From NCBI GenBank assembly GCA_963803275.1, contig CAWDLS010000014.1, positions 91,567 to 155,566 of the forward strand: a DNA stretch of 64,000 nt, in the 5' to 3' direction. Positions 59,516 through 64,000 of this stretch are shown here, in pieces. This DNA is from an uncultured Gammaproteobacteria bacterium (GTDB lineage: Bacteria; Pseudomonadota; Gammaproteobacteria; UBA9214). Below the pieces are notes generated by a model. That model was not told where the DNA came from. It did no database searches and worked only from the letters and a program-made list of their open reading frames with translations. Position 1 is the stretch's first letter; the number at the start of each line of letters is the position of its first letter. The position numbers and the translations under genes were made by a program.

Positions 59516-60847
59516 ATGAAACTCAAACTGAATACGAATTTTCACAGTTATTTACTCCTGCTGATCGGCCTGATGACGGGCGTACTGGTCTCTATCGGAC
59601 ACGGTGTGTGGGCCGAACGCGAGACTGCACAGGCGACGACCCTGCCGATCGAGGAACTGCGCACCTTCAGCGATGTGTTCGGACGGATCAAGAATGACTA
59701 CGTTGTCGATGTCGATGACAAGGAACTGATCGAAAACGCCATACGTGGCATGCTGTCAGGCCTCGATCCGCATTCCTCCTATCTGGATTCAGAGCAGTTC
59801 AATGAATTGCAGGTCGGTACGACCGGTCAGTTTGGTGGTCTGGGTATCGAGGTCGGCATGGAAGACGGTTTCGTCAAGGTGATTGCACCGATTGACGACA
59901 CGCCTGCACAACGTGCGGGCATACAGTCGGGAGACCTCGTAATACGGCTGGATGAAACCCCGGTCAAGGGCATGACGCTCAACGAGGCGGTAAAGATCAT
60001 GCGCGGCGAACCGGGGAGTGACATCGTGCTGACTGTTGTACGGGAAGGCGTTGATCAGCCGATCAAGTTCACCATTACGCGTGACATCATCAAGGTGAAG
60101 AGTGTCAAGGCGCGCATGCTCGATCCCGGCTACGGCTATCTGCGGATTTCACAGTTCCAGTCGAAAACTGCAAACAACATGGTCGACGCGATCAACGACC
60201 TCAAGAAGAAGAGCAGCGGCAAGCTTAACGGCCTGGTACTCGATCTGCGCAATAATCCGGGCGGTGTTCTCAACGGTGCCGTTGCCGTTTCCGATGCCTT
60301 CCTTACCAAGGGACTGATCGTCTACACGGAAGGTCGCATCGCTGATTCCAGGCTGCGCTTCAATGCCACGCCGGATGACATCCTGGACGGCGCGCCGCTG
60401 GTAGTGCTGGTTAACCAGGGCTCGGCCTCGGCCTCGGAGATCGTCGCCGGTGCACTGCAGGATCACAAGCGCGCCATCATCATGGGTGCGAAGACCTTTG
60501 GCAAGGGCTCGGTGCAGACCATCCTGCCGCTGAGCAATGATTCGGCACTCAAGCTGACCACGGCACGCTACTACACGCCGTCGGGACGTTCCATTCAGGC
60601 CGAGGGGATTACCCCGGATATCGAGCTCCAGCCGGTGCAGGTATCCGCGGTGGACAAGGACATCGAGCCGCTGAAAGAGGCGAACCTGTCCAAGCATCTC
60701 GAGAACGGCAAGATGCACGATAAGGAAAAGTCCGAGGACGACAAGACGAATGGAGAAGCGAGCAAGTTGCTGAAGGACGATTACATGCTGTACGAGGCAC
60801 TCAACCTGCTCAAGGGCCTCTCGATCCTGCAGGCGCGCATGCAATAA
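59516..60847 (+). CDS. ctpA: Carboxy-terminal processing peptidase (S41 family)
   Basis: It has a signal peptide, a PDZ domain and the S41 catalytic region (GSASASEIVAGALQDHKRAIIMGAKTFGKGSVQT). The start is MKLKLN at 59516. Confidence 0.88.
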   Translation: MKLKLNTNFHSYLLLLIGLMTGVLVSIGHGVWAERETAQATTLPIEELRTFSDVFGRIKNDYVVDVDDKELIENAIRGMLSGLDPHSSYLDSEQFNELQVGTTGQFGGLGIEVGMEDGFVKVIAPIDDTPAQRAGIQSGDLVIRLDETPVKGMTLNEAVKIMRGEPGSDIVLTVVREGVDQPIKFTITRDIIKVKSVKARMLDPGYGYLRISQFQSKTANNMVDAINDLKKKSSGKLNGLVLDLRNNPGGVLNGAVAVSDAFLTKGLIVYTEGRIADSRLRFNATPDDILDGAPLVVLVNQGSASASEIVAGALQDHKRAIIMGAKTFGKGSVQTILPLSNDSALKLTTARYYTPSGRSIQAEGITPDIELQPVQVSAVDKDIEPLKEANLSKHLENGKMHDKEKSEDDKTNGEASKLLKDDYMLYEALNLLKGLSILQARMQ

Positions 60848-60862
60848 ATCCGGTAACGCCGG

Positions 60863-61678
60863 ATGACGACACGACCGTCAGGCTGGCAGTTTGTTTGCGT
60901 ATTCTGCCTGGCGTGCCTGTCACTCGCCGTTGCGGGGCAGCCGGCCCCGGGTACGGGCGGTCGGCCGCTCCCTGCCATTGCCCTGATCATCGATGACCTG
61001 GGCAACCAGCGTGTACCCGGCCACGCGGCGGTTACACTTCCCGGCCCGGTTGCCTGCGCCTTCCTGCCGCATGGGCCCTACACCCGTGAGCTGGCACGAC
61101 AGGCCCACGCCGGTCACAAGGAAGTCATGCTGCACCTGCCAATGCAGGCGCTCGAGGATGACGGCCTCAAGCCGGAGCCGGGCGTGCTCACACTGGAAAT
61201 GACGCGCAAACAGTTTCGCAGCACGTTTGAACAGGATCTTGCCGCGGTACCTTACGTGAGCGGACTCAATAATCACATGGGCAGCCTGCTGACACAGCAT
61301 CCCGGCGACATGGCCTGGCTGATGCAGGAGATCAACGAGCATGGCAGGCTGTTCTTCGTGGACAGCCGCACCACGAAAGCCACAGTGGCGCGTCGTCTGG
61401 CACAGGAATACGGTATACCAAACAGTGAGCGTAATGTGTTCCTGGACAACGACCCGGATCCGGACGCGGTGCGCGGGAAGGTCAGGGAGCTCGTGGCCAT
61501 GGCACGGCGTCACGGCACGGCACTGGGTATCGGGCACCCGTATCCGGCGACACTCGAGGTGCTGGTCGATGAATTGCATGCACTGGGCGATCGGGGTGTA
61601 CGACTGATTCCGGTGGCGCGCTTGATCGAACTGCAAAACGACAGGCATCTGGTATGGCAAACGTCCTCGTCCCGCTAG
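60863..61678 (+). CDS. yibQ: Divergent polysaccharide deacetylase family protein (YibQ-like)
   Basis: After a signal peptide, IALIIDDLGNQ...LPHGPYTRELA...HKEVMLHLPMQ is the YibQ/DUF610 pattern. It follows envC as in E. coli. Confidence 0.75.
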   Translation: MTTRPSGWQFVCVFCLACLSLAVAGQPAPGTGGRPLPAIALIIDDLGNQRVPGHAAVTLPGPVACAFLPHGPYTRELARQAHAGHKEVMLHLPMQALEDDGLKPEPGVLTLEMTRKQFRSTFEQDLAAVPYVSGLNNHMGSLLTQHPGDMAWLMQEINEHGRLFFVDSRTTKATVARRLAQEYGIPNSERNVFLDNDPDPDAVRGKVRELVAMARRHGTALGIGHPYPATLEVLVDELHALGDRGVRLIPVARLIELQNDRHLVWQTSSSR

Positions 61679-62208
61679 CGCAGGGTTGTGAAGAGCTGGA
61701 AGCCGTCACGGTGATCGACCTGTTGCGGCGTGCAGGTATCACGGTCGACAGCGCCGGCCTGGATGACCGGCCGGTACGCGCATCACGCGGCACCGTGCTG
61801 ATTCCCGATATCACACTGGACGAGGCGCTCGCGCGTGATTACGACATGGTCGTGCTGCCAGGCGGACTGCCGGGCGCTGACCACCTGAAGAACGACCCCA
61901 GGGTGATCGAGCTGGTAACCCGGATGGCGCAGCAGGATAAATACACGGCCGCCATTTGCGCCGCCCCCCGGGTACTGGCGCAGGCCGGTCTGCTGAATGG
62001 CAGGCGGGCCACGAGTTTCCCCGGTGCACTCGATGTCGCAGCAATCCCCGGTATCGAATACAGCGAACAGCCGGTAATCAGGGATGGCAGGATCATCACC
62101 TCGCGCGGTCCGGGAACCGCCATGGATTTCGCGCTTGAGCTGATCGAAATCCTCGGCGGTCGGCAGCTGCGCGACACGGTGGAATCCGCCCTGCAGCGAC
62201 CGGGCTGA
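61654..62208 (+). CDS. DJ-1/PfpI family protein (YajL/ThiJ-like)
   Basis: VLVPLAQGCEELEAVTVIDLLRRAG...AAICAAP, with the nucleophile-elbow Cys, matches DJ-1. It is 184 aa. Confidence 0.85.
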   Translation: MANVLVPLAQGCEELEAVTVIDLLRRAGITVDSAGLDDRPVRASRGTVLIPDITLDEALARDYDMVVLPGGLPGADHLKNDPRVIELVTRMAQQDKYTAAICAAPRVLAQAGLLNGRRATSFPGALDVAAIPGIEYSEQPVIRDGRIITSRGPGTAMDFALELIEILGGRQLRDTVESALQRPG

Positions 62209-62280
62209 GGCAATACGGCAGTTCACTGCGAGTAATGACCGCAGGGAACACGGTCACACGGGCGCGGATTGCGCGCCCTG

Positions 62281-63945
62281 TCAATCCTCGCCGTTGTTGC
62301 CGGGCCAGCTCAAGACCAGCAACAGGATACCGGCAGCGCCGGTCAGCCAGGTTAACAGCGGTACGCCCAGCACCATCGCGGGTGCGTAGTCAACCAGTCC
62401 GTAGACCAGGGCGGCAGACAGCAACAGCCCGCTGCCGGTGATGGCGCCGACCGTGCGCCGGTTGGCGCGCCGCACCTCGCGACGCAGGCGCCGGAGTTCT
62501 TCCGAACGCCATTCGAGCTGCAGCTTGCCCGTACTGGCCAGCTCCAGCACGCGGTGCGCGAGCAGCGGCAGCTCCGGCAGGGTGTTGCTCCAGGCCGGCG
62601 CGGTCTCCCTGAGGTTGCGCAACAGCGCGCGTGCGCCCAGCTGTTCGCTCATGGTCCGCTCCAGAAACGGCTTGGCCGTGCGCCACAGGTCCAGTTCCGG
62701 ATACAGCTGTCGCCCCAGCCCTTCAATGTTCAGCAGAGTTTTCTGTAACAGCACCAGTTGCGGCTGGATTACCATGTTGAAGCGGCGGGCTGTCTGGAAC
62801 AGGCGCAACAGGACATTGCCGAACGAGATTTCCTTAAGCGGTTTTTCGAAGATCGGTTCGCACACCGTGCGGATTGCAGACTCGAATTCATCCACGCGCG
62901 TGCCTTCCGGCACCCACTCGGATTCCACGTGCAGTTCGGCGACGCGCCGGTAATCGCGGTTGAAGAATGCGAGGAAGTTTTCCGCGAGGTAGCGCTGGTC
63001 GACCGGGTTCAGGGTGCCCATGATACCGAAGTCGACCGCCATGTAGCAGCCACCGTTGTCTACAAAAATATTGCCGGGATGCATGTCTGCATGAAAGAAA
63101 TTATGCCGGAACACCTGCGTGAAAAAAATTTCCACGCCGCGTTCGGACAGCAGTTTCAGGTCTATGCCGCTGGCACGCAGTGCCTTGATGTCGCTGATCT
63201 GCATGCCGCGTATGCGCTCCATGACCATGACCTCCGGGCGGCAGTAGTCCCAGTACACCTCCGGAACGTACAGCAGGCCGGTGCCGGCGAAGTTGCGTCG
63301 CAGCTGCGAGGCATTGGCCGCCTCGCGCAGCAGGTCAAGTTCGTCGTACAGGGTCTTCTCGAATTCGGCGACGACCTCGCAAGGCCGCAGGCGGCGTCCG
63401 GTCTCCCAGTAGCGTTCGGCAAGCCCTGCCACTGTGTACAGCAGGTTGACGTCGCGCTTGATGAAATACCTGACGTTGGGGCGCAGCACCTTGATGACGA
63501 CCTCGGTACCGTCTTTCAGGCGGGCGGCATGAACCTGTGCGATCGAGGCCGAGGCCAGCGGTGTTTCGTCAAACTGCTCGAACAGGCTGGCGACCGGTTT
63601 GCCGAACACCGCTTCGATGTGGGTCTTCGCCACGCTGCCGGGAAACGGTGGCACGTCATCCTGCAGGTGCGCCAGTTCCAGCGCAATGTCGTCGGGCAGC
63701 AGGTCCTGCCGGGTGGACAGGATCTGGCCGAACTTGACATAGATAGGCCCGAGTTCCTCCAGCGCACGGCGAATGCGCAAACCACGCGGGCCGCGCTTGC
63801 GCGGAATCCAGTTCCATGGCGCCAGGTAATACAGGAAGCGGAACGGCCTGAACAGGTGCGCGGCCAGGATGACCTCATCGAGTCCGTGCCGTACGAGCAC
63901 GAAGTTGATGTGGATCAGACGAACGATCTGTGCAGGCCGGATCAT
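62281..63945 (-). CDS. ubiB: Ubiquinone biosynthesis regulatory kinase-like protein UbiB (ABC1 family)
   Basis: [37 protein letters not shown] and the kinase-like core ([11 protein letters not shown]) are present, with C-terminal transmembrane helices. It is 554 aa. Confidence 0.92.
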   Translation of the reverse strand: MIRPAQIVRLIHINFVLVRHGLDEVILAAHLFRPFRFLYYLAPWNWIPRKRGPRGLRIRRALEELGPIYVKFGQILSTRQDLLPDDIALELAHLQDDVPPFPGSVAKTHIEAVFGKPVASLFEQFDETPLASASIAQVHAARLKDGTEVVIKVLRPNVRYFIKRDVNLLYTVAGLAERYWETGRRLRPCEVVAEFEKTLYDELDLLREAANASQLRRNFAGTGLLYVPEVYWDYCRPEVMVMERIRGMQISDIKALRASGIDLKLLSERGVEIFFTQVFRHNFFHADMHPGNIFVDNGGCYMAVDFGIMGTLNPVDQRYLAENFLAFFNRDYRRVAELHVESEWVPEGTRVDEFESAIRTVCEPIFEKPLKEISFGNVLLRLFQTARRFNMVIQPQLVLLQKTLLNIEGLGRQLYPELDLWRTAKPFLERTMSEQLGARALLRNLRETAPAWSNTLPELPLLAHRVLELASTGKLQLEWRSEELRRLRREVRRANRRTVGAITGSGLLLSAALVYGLVDYAPAMVLGVPLLTWLTGAAGILLLVLSWPGNNGED

Positions 63946-64000
63946 AGCGGTTATGCGCTGTAGTTCGGCTGTTGCAGGCGTTTGATACGCGCGGCCAGCC

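Overview
This 64-kb window is high-GC (roughly 60-65%) and contains the chromosomal replication-origin neighbourhood of a gammaproteobacterium, with Pseudomonas-like gene order. On the minus strand, running leftward from the origin, are rpmH-rnpA-yidD-yidC-mnmE, an inserted TetR plus coiled-coil hypothetical pair, then mnmG-rsmG-parA-parB, the complete atpIBEFHAGDC operon, an FKBP-type isomerase gene, glmU-glmS and uvrD. On the plus strand running rightward are dnaA-dnaN-recF-gyrB. Beyond gyrB, on the minus strand, lie plsC-gmhB-mazG-like-glyS-glyQ. Rightward of these, on the plus strand, are a hypothetical, an MnmA-like PP-loop ATPase, a TusA-like sulfur carrier and a CDF transporter, then glnA-DUF4124-ntrB-ntrC. 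The last stretch carries pyrD-like, trmL, gpsA, secB, yibN and a ygaV-like ArsR regulator, which sit back to back with gpmI-envC-yibQ-DJ-1, followed by ubiB. The left end carries a 5'-truncated PAS-GGDEF-EAL gene, a TPR protein, a CBS protein, glgP and a small HD-domain (p)ppGpp-hydrolase-like gene. DnaA-box clusters lie in the rpmH-dnaA spacer and, more densely, in the dnaA-dnaN spacer. Two NtrC-type palindromes and a sigma-54 promoter precede glnA, and a strong rho-independent terminator follows it. The most conspicuous anomaly is that many essential genes (uvrD, parB, rsmG, mnmG, mnmE, yidC, dnaA, gyrB, glyS) are interrupted by single-nucleotide frameshifts while neighbouring genes are intact. 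Because essential genes cannot all be inactivated, clustered indel errors in the assembly are far more likely than real gene loss. No CRISPR array, rRNA, tRNA or mobile element was recognised. The candidate non-canonical content is a directly coupled MnmA-like/TusA/CDF cluster and a YgaV-like persulfide-type regulator paired with a YibN rhodanese.
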